Shown piece after piece: positions 49,705-59,300 of a DNA stretch of 64,000 bases. The position numbers were made by a program, and so were the translations under genes. The first letter of the stretch is position 1; each line of letters starts with the position of its first letter. Origin of the DNA: Candidatus Eiseniibacteriota bacterium (lineage in GTDB: Bacteria; Eisenbacteria; RBG-16-71-46; CAIMUX01; VGJL01); assembly GCA_963792585.1 (NCBI GenBank), contig CAWBWI010000003.1:96001-160000 (forward strand), in the 5' to 3' direction. The notes below the pieces were generated by a model, which worked only from the letters and a program-made list of their open reading frames with translations, was not told the origin of the DNA and did no database searches.

Positions 49705-51053
49705 GGGCGCGGCGGGATGAACCGGCGGTGAGCCGATGCGGGGCGCGCATTCCATGGCCGTCTCTGTGGCTCGCGATCTTCTTCCTCCTCGGCGCGCGCG
49801 CCGCCGCGGCGCAGACATCCCCCGACCCGCTTGGCCCCTTCCTCCGTGGCCTGGCCGACTCGACCGACGCCTACTTCGGTCCCAACGCGGCGATCTTCGA
49901 CACGACGGGCATCGACTCGCTTATTCGCGTGAAGGGATCGGCGAAGCCGGATTCGGTAGTTCCGCATAAGCGGGGTGTGCAGCGCTCCGCGAGCGCCGGC
50001 TACCACCGCGCGACCGGCACGGTTCTCGGCATCGGCGCGGGCAGGAGTCTCCCGGGCGGAACATGGCTCGACATGAAGGGAAGCTACGGTTTCGCGAACA
50101 AGGAGGGCCGGTACTCCTTCGGTCTCTCCCGAACCCTTGCGCGCCGGTCGGGGAAGATGACGGAACGCACTGCGAGCTCGCACGGCACGCTGGGACTCAA
50201 CCTCGCCTACGCGCGCGAGACCGTCCCCTTCGCACCCGAACACGAGACGCCGTTTTCGAGCACGGTCGGCGCCTTCTTCACGGGGCTCGACCGCCAGAGC
50301 GTCTACGAACGGCGCGGAGGATCCGCCGCGCTGACCTGGGCGCGGGAGAGCTTCTTCGCCTCGGCCGGCTGGCGCGCGGCGCGCGACCAGTCGATGCCGC
50401 GGGCGACCAAGTTCAGCCTCTGGGGCTCCAAGCACAGTGTGTCCGAGGTCACGCGCGCCCGCACCGGATCGTACCAGGAGGGATTCGCGCGCATCGCCTC
50501 GACGCGGGCCGGCCTCCCATTCGTAGGCGCCGAGGGGCAGTACGCCTCGCGCTCTCGATGGCGTGCGCGGGTCGCGGCCGCGCAGAGCGTCGTCCTCTCG
50601 CGGATCGAGGCGCACCTCCAGGTGGAGGGCGGAATGGCCGCGCGCAAGGGCCCTTCGCAGGATCGCTTCGAGCTGGGCGGCCCGCTCGCCGTGCCGTCGC
50701 TCGGCTTCGGGCGCGAAGCGGGCAACCGCCTCCTTCTCGGGAAGATCGAGTTCGTCCACGGGATGGACCTGATCCGGACATTGCACATTCCCTATGTGAC
50801 GTTTATGGCGTTGCACCCGGCGGTGTTCGCGCAAGGGGCGTCCGCGTGGACGGCCGATGACGGGGATTGGAATCGTCCTCCGGACGCCGCGTGGCGCGGC
50901 GCGGCGGGGTTTGCGCTCGTCCACATTCCCGGATTCCCGACGTCAACCACGCATGTCCGCCTGCAGATGGCATGGCCGGTGGGGCGCGAGAGCGGCGTGG
51001 CGCGCTTCAGCGTCGCCATCGGACAGTGGTTCGATTCGATCCCGAAGAGATGA
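49701..51053 (+). CDS. Putative outer-membrane beta-barrel protein
   Basis: Start re-called at ATG 49701 (ATGA overlap, AAGGAGG RBS). Amphipathic beta-strands, FELGG loop, C-terminal FSVAIGQWF. Confidence 0.65.
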   Translation: MRARRDEPAVSRCGARIPWPSLWLAIFFLLGARAAAAQTSPDPLGPFLRGLADSTDAYFGPNAAIFDTTGIDSLIRVKGSAKPDSVVPHKRGVQRSASAGYHRATGTVLGIGAGRSLPGGTWLDMKGSYGFANKEGRYSFGLSRTLARRSGKMTERTASSHGTLGLNLAYARETVPFAPEHETPFSSTVGAFFTGLDRQSVYERRGGSAALTWARESFFASAGWRAARDQSMPRATKFSLWGSKHSVSEVTRARTGSYQEGFARIASTRAGLPFVGAEGQYASRSRWRARVAAAQSVVLSRIEAHLQVEGGMAARKGPSQDRFELGGPLAVPSLGFGREAGNRLLLGKIEFVHGMDLIRTLHIPYVTFMALHPAVFAQGASAWTADDGDWNRPPDAAWRGAAGFALVHIPGFPTSTTHVRLQMAWPVGRESGVARFSVAIGQWFDSIPKR

Positions 51054-51118
51054 TGCCTGCGGGGCGGATGACGGGCGACTTTTCTGCGTCGGAGCTGATG
51101 CTCGCGGCCCAATGATGA

Positions 51119-51175
51119 AGCCGGCGATCGCCGTTCCGAGGGGTCCCTCTACCCTCGTGAGGCCGATCGCCGGCT
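51119..51175. terminator. Long hairpin between convergent genes
   Basis: AGCCGGCGATCG (51119-51130) pairs with CGATCGCCGGCT (51164-51175), with an inner CGAGGG/CCCTCG stem. Confidence 0.45.
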
Positions 51176-51177
51176 CC

Positions 51178-51209
51178 GTGTGTCCTCCCGCGGGTGTGTC
51201 CTCCCGCGG
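51178..51209. repeat. 16-bp perfect tandem duplication
   Basis: GTGTGTCCTCCCGCGG x2. Confidence 0.75.
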
Positions 51210-51228
51210 ATTCTCGCGCGACGGATCC

Positions 51229-52452
51229 TCAGTCGATCACGACCATGCGACCCGTCTGCGAACCCGTCCGCGTGCTGAGTTGGTAGAAGTAGGTTCCCGC
51301 CGGTTGGCGGGTTCCCGAAGCATCGCGCCGGTCCCAGGTCGCGACATGCGGGCCCGCGGACTGCGTCTCGTTGACCAGCGTGCGGACCCAGCGACCCTGG
51401 GCGTCGTAGACGCGCAGAAGGACCGGCTCGTCGTCTTCCATCCGGAAGTGGACATTGGCAACGTCCGTCACCGGGTTCGGAAACGTCATGAGCCGATCCG
51501 CCCGCCCGCCGACCGGATCGTCCCCGACGGTGGCGACGGGAAGCGCCGGAATGCGGATCACATTGACGACGAACTTGCCGATCAGACCCGCCTGTGATGC
51601 CGGGCTGGTGTTCAACAGCAACATGAGTTCCTGGCCTATCTCCGCGGGTTGCGTCGTCCAGGTCCCGTTATCGCCGATATGGAAGCTCGCCGGCGTTGTC
51701 GTGAACGTTCCCAGCAGCGCCCCGTACGGACCGTCAACCATAGGCTGCGTGGGATCGACGAGGCCGAGCAGACCCTCGGGACCGAAGTATCCGGTGGAGT
51801 AAACGGAGTTCGGCAGGGCGGGGTCCTTCATGCTCCCATACGGCAGGACGATGAACCGGTCCCCGTCGGCCGCCACCAGTCCCGTCGGTGCCGGGAGGAC
51901 TGTGTTGCGATTGATCACCACCTGGGAAACATCGCGGCTACCCGAGGGCACGTGGATGACCGTGATGGTGACCGACCCCTCCATCGACGCCAGATCAGCG
52001 TCCGACATGTTCAGACTGAGCCGCAGCTCCTGACCAACGTGGGCGGGCTGGATTGTGAACGACCCGGCACGCCCGAAGAACTGATAGTCCGTCATGTTGC
52101 CGGTGAAGCCGCCGATGAGCGCGCCGTACGGCATACCCGAAGAGATCAGCTGTGTCCCCGAAGTCCAGTTCGCCTGGCCCGCGGGGCCGAACCATCCCCG
52201 GTCAAAACGCAGCGGCAGAGCGTCCGTGCGGAGAGATCCCTCCGCGATGAAGATCACCTCGCTCGACGTGTTCACCGGAAAGATCCCGGTGTGCACCGGC
52301 TGCGTCGTGGAAGAATCGATCGTGACGACGACGCTCTGGACGTACTGCGCGCTCGCCGTGGAAGCGCCCGCTATCGCGATCGCCGCGACGACCAGCATGG
52401 CAAGCCACGGATTGCGGCGCGCTGGAGTCTTATCGAGAACTCTGTTAAGCAT
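51229..52452 (-). CDS. Secreted protein with two LecA/PA-IL-like beta domains and a FlgD-Ig C-terminal domain
   Basis: Start re-called at ATG 52452 (GGAGGT RBS). PYGALIG/PYGALLG and GQELxLxLN occur twice; tail FPNP...VYDAQGRWVRTL...WDRRD...AGTYFY. Confidence 0.75.
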   Translation of the reverse strand: MLNRVLDKTPARRNPWLAMLVVAAIAIAGASTASAQYVQSVVVTIDSSTTQPVHTGIFPVNTSSEVIFIAEGSLRTDALPLRFDRGWFGPAGQANWTSGTQLISSGMPYGALIGGFTGNMTDYQFFGRAGSFTIQPAHVGQELRLSLNMSDADLASMEGSVTITVIHVPSGSRDVSQVVINRNTVLPAPTGLVAADGDRFIVLPYGSMKDPALPNSVYSTGYFGPEGLLGLVDPTQPMVDGPYGALLGTFTTTPASFHIGDNGTWTTQPAEIGQELMLLLNTSPASQAGLIGKFVVNVIRIPALPVATVGDDPVGGRADRLMTFPNPVTDVANVHFRMEDDEPVLLRVYDAQGRWVRTLVNETQSAGPHVATWDRRDASGTRQPAGTYFYQLSTRTGSQTGRMVVID

Positions 52453-52472
52453 TGGAATCACCTCCCAGCCGC

Positions 52473-53378
52473 TCATTGCGGGATCCGGATGACGTTGACG
52501 ACGAAACGTCCATCGCACCCGACGAGATCCGCCGGGGCGAGGTTCACGTTCAGTTTCAGTTCCTGACCGGCGACACCCGTGCCCACCATCCATGTGCCGC
52601 TGTCGCCGATGTAGAAGGCGGCCGCCGCGTCGTCGAAATGACCGTAGAGCCCGCCGAAAGGTCCATCCGTATACGGCTGGCCGACGCGGTTGAACTTCGG
52701 CAGACCGGCGGGATCGAAGTACCCGTCCGTGAAGAGGTGAAATGGGATGGTCGTCTGGATCGCCCCATACGGAAGGACCAGGAACCGATCCCCCGCCGCG
52801 GCGAAGATCCCCGTGGGGACGGGAAGCGTCGTGCCGTCCCTGATCTCGAGCATCGCGGTATCGGCCGTCCCGTCCGCAATGTAGATGACCGTTATCTCGA
52901 ACTGGCCATTGAGGGCGGCAAGATCGGCGTCCGACATGTTGAGCGCCAGACGGAATTCCTGTCCGACGTGGGCGGGAAGCAGGTGGAACGCGCCCATCCG
53001 GCCGACATAGCGGTAGTCGGGGACGTTCGTCGTGAACCCGCCGACCACCGCGCCGTAGGGCATGCCGTTCCCGATCGGCTGTCCCCCCCGCGCCATTCGG
53101 GTCATTCCCGCAGGACCGAACCAGTCCTGGTCGTACCGGCCCGTATTGGGGTAGTTCTGGACGCTCCCTTCCGCCAGGATGATGACCTCGCCGTTCGCGT
53201 TCGCGGGGACGAAGCCCGTACCGACGGGCTGCGTCGTGGAAGCGTCGATCGTGATCTGATGGCTCTCGTAGTTCTGCGCGTGGACGGCCGGCGGGATGAT
53301 CCCGACCAATCCCGCCAGCAGGATCCCGCTCGCGACCGATCGCGGGAGTTTCTTGATCATATCTAGCTGCGTCGACAT
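52473..53378 (-). CDS. Secreted paralogue of the downstream protein, lacking the C-terminal domain
   Basis: Colinear with 51229-52452 (STTQPV.TG, WFGPAG, NMSDADLA, GDRF.VLPYG, FVVNVIRIP) and stops right after IRIPQ. Confidence 0.75.
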   Translation of the reverse strand: MSTQLDMIKKLPRSVASGILLAGLVGIIPPAVHAQNYESHQITIDASTTQPVGTGFVPANANGEVIILAEGSVQNYPNTGRYDQDWFGPAGMTRMARGGQPIGNGMPYGAVVGGFTTNVPDYRYVGRMGAFHLLPAHVGQEFRLALNMSDADLAALNGQFEITVIYIADGTADTAMLEIRDGTTLPVPTGIFAAAGDRFLVLPYGAIQTTIPFHLFTDGYFDPAGLPKFNRVGQPYTDGPFGGLYGHFDDAAAAFYIGDSGTWMVGTGVAGQELKLNVNLAPADLVGCDGRFVVNVIRIPQ

Positions 53379-53628
53379 TGGAGACGACTCCTTCCTCAAG
53401 GTTGGGGCTTGCGATTTCCTCTCATCGAAACCTCGCGGCGTCCCCGGCGTGGAAGCGCCCGCGGGTTGCGGGCGGGAGGGCTCAACCGTGGAGCCGTTCG
53501 GGTCTCTATGGGGGAACGCGGAAACGGGCGGCGGAGGGTGACACGGAATCTATTCGTTGATTGGGTGGGGCTGCAGAGGGGACGGGGTCGGGGGTCGGGT
53601 CGGGGCCCGCTCGGGCGCTGTCGTGAGC

Positions 53629-54092
53629 ATGGTCGTGGAGATAATTGTCATCGGCCGACCAAAATCACCCACGATCTCCTCCGGAGCGGATCCGCCGAGT
53701 CCGCAGTGGGCGTACTTGGCCCGAGCCCATCTCGGGGGCACATCGGCAGGATCCGACCCGGCGGGAATCCAGGTCTACAGCGCCGTCGGTCTGGAGGTCG
53801 CGGCGCGCCGCTGTCTGGAGGGAGCGTTCGGCGCGGAATGCTGCCTGGCCCTCGAATCCCGCGAGGTGGAGCGGACCGATGCTGGCGGCGTGAAGGCGAA
53901 TCTCGGCTCGATCGAATCGCTCCCGTTGACGGCGCTCCTCCAGTGGCGCATTCCCGTCCGTGGGTCGATCCGACCCTACGTGGGCGCGGGAGCAAACCTC
54001 ACCGTGTTCTGGGAGAAGAGCAGGGAACGAAGATCGCCACGCTGCGCATCCATCTGTCGTCGTTCGGTGCGGGGATCGGGTTTCGGTTCTGA
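53629..54092 (+). pseudogene. OmpW-like beta-barrel gene remnant with internal deletion
   Basis: LGSIESLPLTALLQW...PYVGAGANLTVFWEKS in one frame. The barrel C-terminus GTKIATLRIHLSSFGAGIGFRF* follows at once in another frame. No signal peptide. Confidence 0.55.
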
Positions 54093-54133
54093 GCGGGGGA
54101 TCCTCCCAGCGCGCGTGCTAGTATCCCCTCGGC

Positions 54134-57100
54134 ATGGCTTCCGCGGACCCTCGGCCCGGCCTCTCCGTCTCCACCCGGATTCTGGAGAGGTTCTCCGCCT
54201 GGCCCGCCTTTGCGAAGGTCCTCGTGGATCTTCGGGGTGGGGCGGAGCGCGTTTGCCTCCGGGGCCTGACGGGCTCGGCCCGCTCCGTCGCCGCCGCAGC
54301 GATCGCCCTAGAGCGGGGCGCTCCGATCGTCCTCCTGACTTCCGAATCGAACGCGGCGGAGGAACATAGGGAGGACATCGACTTCCTGCTGGGCCCGCGC
54401 TCCGCGGTGCTCTTGCCCGATCCCGGGAGCGATCACTACGTCGCGCAGGCGCAGCGCAGTCCGCTTCGCTCGCTCCAGACGGAGATCCTCTGCGCGCTGG
54501 CGCTCGGGAGCCACGCGGCCCTGCCGTTTTATCGAGACCTGCGTATCCTGGTGACCACGCCGGGGGCGTGGTTGCGGCGCGTGCCGAGCCCGGAGTGGTT
54601 ACGGGGCAAGATCCGCATGCTGCGCGTGGGCACGACGGTCGATCCCGACGAGATCGTGCGCGGCCTCATCGATGCGGGATACGACATAGTGCCCCTGGTC
54701 GGCGAGTACGGCGACGCGAGCCGGCGCGGTGGGATCCTGGATGTCTACACGCTGGGCCGGGAGCACCCGATTCGCTGCGAGTTCGATGGAGACGAGATCG
54801 TCTCGCTTCGCGAGTTCGACGTATTCTCGCAGCGCTCCCTGGGAACCCTGCAAGAGGTGGCGCTCCTGCCGTCCGGGATCTTCTCGCTCACGGAGACCGA
54901 GCGGGCGCGCGCGGCGGAGAAGATCGAGGCTTCGGGAGTCGATCCCGGCGCTGCGGTCATCGACCTGGTCCGCAACGAACCTTCCTTCGACGGCGCGGAG
55001 TGGCTCGCGGGATTCTCCGAGATCCCCCTGGTTTCGATCACCGCCTACCTGCCCGAGCCGCTCTGGCGGGTGGTAGACGATCCGTTCGCCTTCGAGCGCG
55101 CGACCGAGGCGATCGAGGAACTGGTCTCGAAGTCGCATGCGGCGGCCATCGAGGGCGGCGCCGTCGTATCTCCGCCTGAGGACCTTTATGCAGACCCCGT
55201 AGAAGCGACCGGCGGGGTGCGGATCGATCTGGGCGGTTCGACAGACCTCTCCGCGAGCGAGATTGTGGAGCTGACGACCCGGCCGGCGGAACGGTTCGGC
55301 CGCTCGATCGACCTTACACAGAACTACATATTTCGATTGAGGGGGGCGTGTCCGGAGATCCATATCCTGTGCGACACGGACCCCCACCGAGAGCGTCTGT
55401 CCGAACTCCTCCACCCGGTGCCGGTGGAATTCCACGTCGGAAACCTGGCCGCCGGGTTCGAGATCCACGAGATCGGCCTCGCCGTCCTGACCGATCACGA
55501 GATCTTCGCGCGGACGCGCCGGCGTGCGGCGCCGCGCCGGTTCAGCCGGGGGATCTCTCTGAAAGAGCTCCTCGCGATGGGCCCGGGCGACTATGTCGTC
55601 CACATCGACCACGGGATCGGGATCTACAAGGGCCTCACGAAACTCCTGGTCAATGGCCAAATGACCGACTGCATGACGGTCGAATACGCAGGGGCGGATA
55701 AGCTCTATATCCCCGTGGACCAACTTCACCTCGTGCAGCGATATGCGGCGGAGGAAGGCCACCGCTCGATGCTGAGCCGGATCGGGAGCCCGAGCTGGGC
55801 CCGCAAGAAGGCGGCGATCAAGAAGAAGATCCGGGACATGGCGGAGGAGTTGCTCAAGTCGTATGCAATCCGTCGCTCCCGCCCGGGGCACGCCTTCTCA
55901 CAGGACACGGACGCGCAATCGGCGCTCGAGCTGTCGTTCCCCTACGACGAGACCTCCGACCAGTTGACCGCGATCGCGGACGTGAAACGGGACATGGAAG
56001 AACCCTCCCCCATGGACCGCCTGATTTGCGGAGACGTCGGATACGGGAAGACCGAGGTCGCCATCCGCGCCGCCTTCAAAGCGGCCATGGACTCGAAGCA
56101 GGTGGCGATCCTGGTCCCGACGACCCTGCTCGCGCAGCAGCACTTCGAGACGTTCGCCGAACGTCTCACCGACTTTCCCGTCCGCGTGGAGCTTCTCTCC
56201 CGCTTCCGAACGCCGGCTGAATCCCGCGAGGTCTTGAAGGATCTCAAGAACGGCAAGATCGACGTGGTGGTGGGCACCCACAAACTCCTCGGCAAGGAGG
56301 TCGGATTCCGGGACATCGGGCTGATCGTGATCGACGAGGAGCATCGCTTCGGCGTCGCCCACAAGGAGCGATTGAAGCGGATCAAGGAAACGGTCGACGT
56401 CCTCACCCTGACCGCGACCCCGATTCCGCGCACGTTGCATTTCGCCCTCTCCGGCGGCAGGGATATGTCGACGATCCTCACCCCGCCGCGCGACCGCAGG
56501 CCCGTGCAGACCGAAATCGTCGAGTTCCGCGACGACATGATCGCGCACGCGTTGATGCGCGAGGCGGATCGCGGAGGGCAGTCGTTCTTCGTCCACAACC
56601 GGATCGAGTCGATCGATGCGATGTCGGTCTATCTGAGCCGTTTGGTGCCGCACCTGCGGATCGCCGTCGCGCACGGCCGGATGGTCGAGCGCCAGCTCGA
56701 CAAGATCATGCACTCATTCCTCCACAAGGAGTACGACATCCTCCTCTCCACGACGATCATCGAGTCGGGACTCGACTTCCCGAACGTCAATACGATCCTC
56801 GTCAACCGCGGCGACACGTTCGGCCTGGCGCAGCTCTACCAGCTCCGCGGACGGGTCGGTCGTTCCTCGCGCAAGGCCTACTGCTATCTCCTCGTCCCGC
56901 CCTATCGGACGATCACCGAGACGGCGCAGAAGCGGCTGAAGGCGATCGAGGAGTTCGGCGACCTCGGTTCCGGCTTCCAGCTCGCGATGCGCGACCTCGA
57001 AATCCGCGGGGCGGGAAACCTGCTCGGCGGAGAACAGCACGGCTTCATTCTGGAGGTTGGATTCGACCTCTACAGCCGGCTGCTCGACGAAACCGTCCGT

Positions 57101-57589
57101 GAGTTGAAGGGCATGACGAGCGAGGTGAAGGTCGATGCGCGCGTCGTGACCGACGTGGAGGCGCACTTCCCCGACAGCTACATCCCCGACCACCGCGAGA
57201 AGATGAACCTCTACAAATCGATCGCGGACACGCGGGATCTGGAGACGATTGCCGGCATCGAGGAGGAGATCCGCGACCGCTTCGGGATGTTGCCCGATCC
57301 GGGCCGCCACCTGCTCGATCTCCGGCGGGTGCGCCTGATGGCCGGGGAAGCGGACGTCGAAACGGCGACGGTTCGCCGAGATCTCGTCATGTTCGAATTC
57401 CGACGCCCGCTCACGCGCGGCGACATCAAGCGATTGGCGGAATCACCCGTGGCCGTCGAGTTCCACACGCCGGCCCACGGGCGCCACCGGGTCCATTGTC
57501 GCAAACTCGACGCCGCGGGCCCGGTCGCGTCAGCCCTCATGATCCTGCGCAGCCTCTGCGCAAAGGAGATTCCCTTCGAGGGTAGGTAG
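54134..57589 (+). CDS. mfd: Transcription-repair coupling factor
   Basis: RRGGILDV, GDYVVHIDHGIG, CGDVGYGKTEVA, DEEHRFGV, TATPIPRT, QLRGRVGR and AMRDLEIRGAGNLLG. Confidence 0.98.
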   Translation: MASADPRPGLSVSTRILERFSAWPAFAKVLVDLRGGAERVCLRGLTGSARSVAAAAIALERGAPIVLLTSESNAAEEHREDIDFLLGPRSAVLLPDPGSDHYVAQAQRSPLRSLQTEILCALALGSHAALPFYRDLRILVTTPGAWLRRVPSPEWLRGKIRMLRVGTTVDPDEIVRGLIDAGYDIVPLVGEYGDASRRGGILDVYTLGREHPIRCEFDGDEIVSLREFDVFSQRSLGTLQEVALLPSGIFSLTETERARAAEKIEASGVDPGAAVIDLVRNEPSFDGAEWLAGFSEIPLVSITAYLPEPLWRVVDDPFAFERATEAIEELVSKSHAAAIEGGAVVSPPEDLYADPVEATGGVRIDLGGSTDLSASEIVELTTRPAERFGRSIDLTQNYIFRLRGACPEIHILCDTDPHRERLSELLHPVPVEFHVGNLAAGFEIHEIGLAVLTDHEIFARTRRRAAPRRFSRGISLKELLAMGPGDYVVHIDHGIGIYKGLTKLLVNGQMTDCMTVEYAGADKLYIPVDQLHLVQRYAAEEGHRSMLSRIGSPSWARKKAAIKKKIRDMAEELLKSYAIRRSRPGHAFSQDTDAQSALELSFPYDETSDQLTAIADVKRDMEEPSPMDRLICGDVGYGKTEVAIRAAFKAAMDSKQVAILVPTTLLAQQHFETFAERLTDFPVRVELLSRFRTPAESREVLKDLKNGKIDVVVGTHKLLGKEVGFRDIGLIVIDEEHRFGVAHKERLKRIKETVDVLTLTATPIPRTLHFALSGGRDMSTILTPPRDRRPVQTEIVEFRDDMIAHALMREADRGGQSFFVHNRIESIDAMSVYLSRLVPHLRIAVAHGRMVERQLDKIMHSFLHKEYDILLSTTIIESGLDFPNVNTILVNRGDTFGLAQLYQLRGRVGRSSRKAYCYLLVPPYRTITETAQKRLKAIEEFGDLGSGFQLAMRDLEIRGAGNLLGGEQHGFILEVGFDLYSRLLDETVRELKGMTSEVKVDARVVTDVEAHFPDSYIPDHREKMNLYKSIADTRDLETIAGIEEEIRDRFGMLPDPGRHLLDLRRVRLMAGEADVETATVRRDLVMFEFRRPLTRGDIKRLAESPVAVEFHTPAHGRHRVHCRKLDAAGPVASALMILRSLCAKEIPFEGR

Positions 57590-57594
57590 GATTC

Positions 57595-57751
57595 CGCGGC
57601 AGATATAGCCGTCGGGCGACCAGTCGGGATGGTGTTTGCGGATGGTCTCCACCACCGCCTCGCGGACGAAATGGCCCGGATATGCGTCGTGGTGTTGCAA
57701 CGTCTTTTCGCAAATCTGGCAAACGACCGTGCCCTTCGGGTGCTCACCCAT
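57595..57751 (-). pseudogene. Truncated 5' fragment of a DUF1003-type gene
   Basis: CQIC...VREAVVETIRKHHPDWSPDGYIC resembles the N-terminus of DUF1003 proteins. Starts 2 nt after the thioredoxin stop and breaks off at the mfd 3' end. Confidence 0.55.
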
Positions 57752-57753
57752 GG

Positions 57754-58356
57754 TCAGTCCCCGTATCTCCCCCGCAGCATCGGCGAGAGTCTCAGCATCA
57801 GGAGCATCCGCTCGAAGACGGCGATCCAGTCTCCCATCTCCGCAGCCAGTTCGTCGGCAGGGGGAGCAAAGATCCCGGCGCTGCAGGCCGCTCCGACCTC
57901 CCGGCGCGCCTTGGCGCGATAGACCGTGAGCATCCGATCGCCGAAGCGGCCGATCTCGAAGAAGTCCTCGGAAAGGAACACGGCCACGGGAACCCTCATG
58001 GCGCCCAGGATGCGCAACTCGTCCCGCAGCTCCGGAGAGGCGTCACGGTCGATGAACCGCAGGACGACGCCCGGCCCGCACGCCTCGGCGATGCGCCGGA
58101 TCATCGGACCTTGCCGCACGCAGTCGCCGCACCAGACGCCGGAGTAGAACAGGACGTTCATCCTCCGGTTGTGCCCCCGCACGCGCTGCGACTGCTCGGC
58201 CGTCAGTGGCGGGAGCTTGCTTTCCATCGCGGGCCAGCGCTCCGCCTTGGCCGGGTCGCCGGAAGCCAGGTACTCTTCATACCCCTTCGCCGCGTCGAAC
58301 TGCGCCCGCCAGAAATCCGCTCTAAGGTCGTAGTACTTCGGTCTCTCGTCGGACAT
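57754..58356 (-). CDS. Thioredoxin-like protein
   Basis: WCGDC motif, LRFIDRD and RVPVAVF (cis-Pro); GGGAGGG RBS. Confidence 0.85.
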   Translation of the reverse strand: MSDERPKYYDLRADFWRAQFDAAKGYEEYLASGDPAKAERWPAMESKLPPLTAEQSQRVRGHNRRMNVLFYSGVWCGDCVRQGPMIRRIAEACGPGVVLRFIDRDASPELRDELRILGAMRVPVAVFLSEDFFEIGRFGDRMLTVYRAKARREVGAACSAGIFAPPADELAAEMGDWIAVFERMLLMLRLSPMLRGRYGD

Positions 58357-58492
58357 CTCGCCCTCCCGGTTGGCCCCAAGATACCCGCCGGACCCACCCC
58401 CGCGAAAGGTGTGCTAGCATCGCCCCCGAATAGGGGGGGCTGCGATCCGGAACCTCCTGGTCCCGCGCGGAAGGAGATTCCCCAGGCGGGTC

Positions 58493-59269
58493 ATGAAGAA
58501 ACCTACGAAGAAGGCCGTGGCGAGGCAGTTCGGCGCGCGTGCGGGCGAATACGCGGCCAGCCGTTCTCACGCAGCCGGCGCCGACCTCGAGATCGTTCTA
58601 CGAATGCTCGAACCCGCGGCCGGCGATCGCGTTCTCGACGTTGCGACCGGCCCGGGGCATACGGCCGTGGCGATCGCGCCGAAGGTCCACGAGGTGATCG
58701 CGATCGACCTCGCGCCGGAGATGATCGAGCGCGCACGAGGGCTCTTCGGCTCCCGCGGGCTGAAGAACGTCCGCGCCGTCGTGATGGACGCCGAGGCGCT
58801 CGACTTTCCCGACGAGGTCTTCGACGCGGTTACCTGCAGGATCGCCCCGCACCATTTCGTGGACGTCGACCTCGCGCTCCGAGAAATCGCGCGCGTCTTG
58901 AAGCCCGGTGGACGCTTCATCCTCGAAGACAGCTGCGCGCCCATCGATCCGGACGCCGATCATTTTCTGAACGAACTCGAGATGCTTCGCGATCCGACGC
59001 ATGTTCGCTCCTACACGCAACTCGAGTGGAGGGCAATGCTCCTGGAGGCGGGGCTCCGCCTCCTCCACGCAGAGATCTACCGGAAGGAGCATCCGATCGA
59101 CGAATGGCTCGAGCGGGCCGGAACGCCTCCCGAAGTGCGCGGAGCGATCCGCAGGAGGATGCTCGAGGCGCCACCGCCCATCCGAGAGGCCTTCGCCATC
59201 ACAGTCGAGGACGGCCGTCCCGTTCGATTCACCGATGAGAAGTTGATCCTCCGGGCGGATCGCCCCTGA
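58493..59269 (+). CDS. Class I SAM-dependent methyltransferase
   Basis: VLDVATGPGH, DAEALDFPDEVFD, CRIAPHHF, RVLKPGG and RDPTH. Confidence 0.9.
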   Translation: MKKPTKKAVARQFGARAGEYAASRSHAAGADLEIVLRMLEPAAGDRVLDVATGPGHTAVAIAPKVHEVIAIDLAPEMIERARGLFGSRGLKNVRAVVMDAEALDFPDEVFDAVTCRIAPHHFVDVDLALREIARVLKPGGRFILEDSCAPIDPDADHFLNELEMLRDPTHVRSYTQLEWRAMLLEAGLRLLHAEIYRKEHPIDEWLERAGTPPEVRGAIRRRMLEAPPPIREAFAITVEDGRPVRFTDEKLILRADRP

Positions 59270-59300
59270 TCCTCCGGAGAGCGGAAACGCAGGAGGCCCT

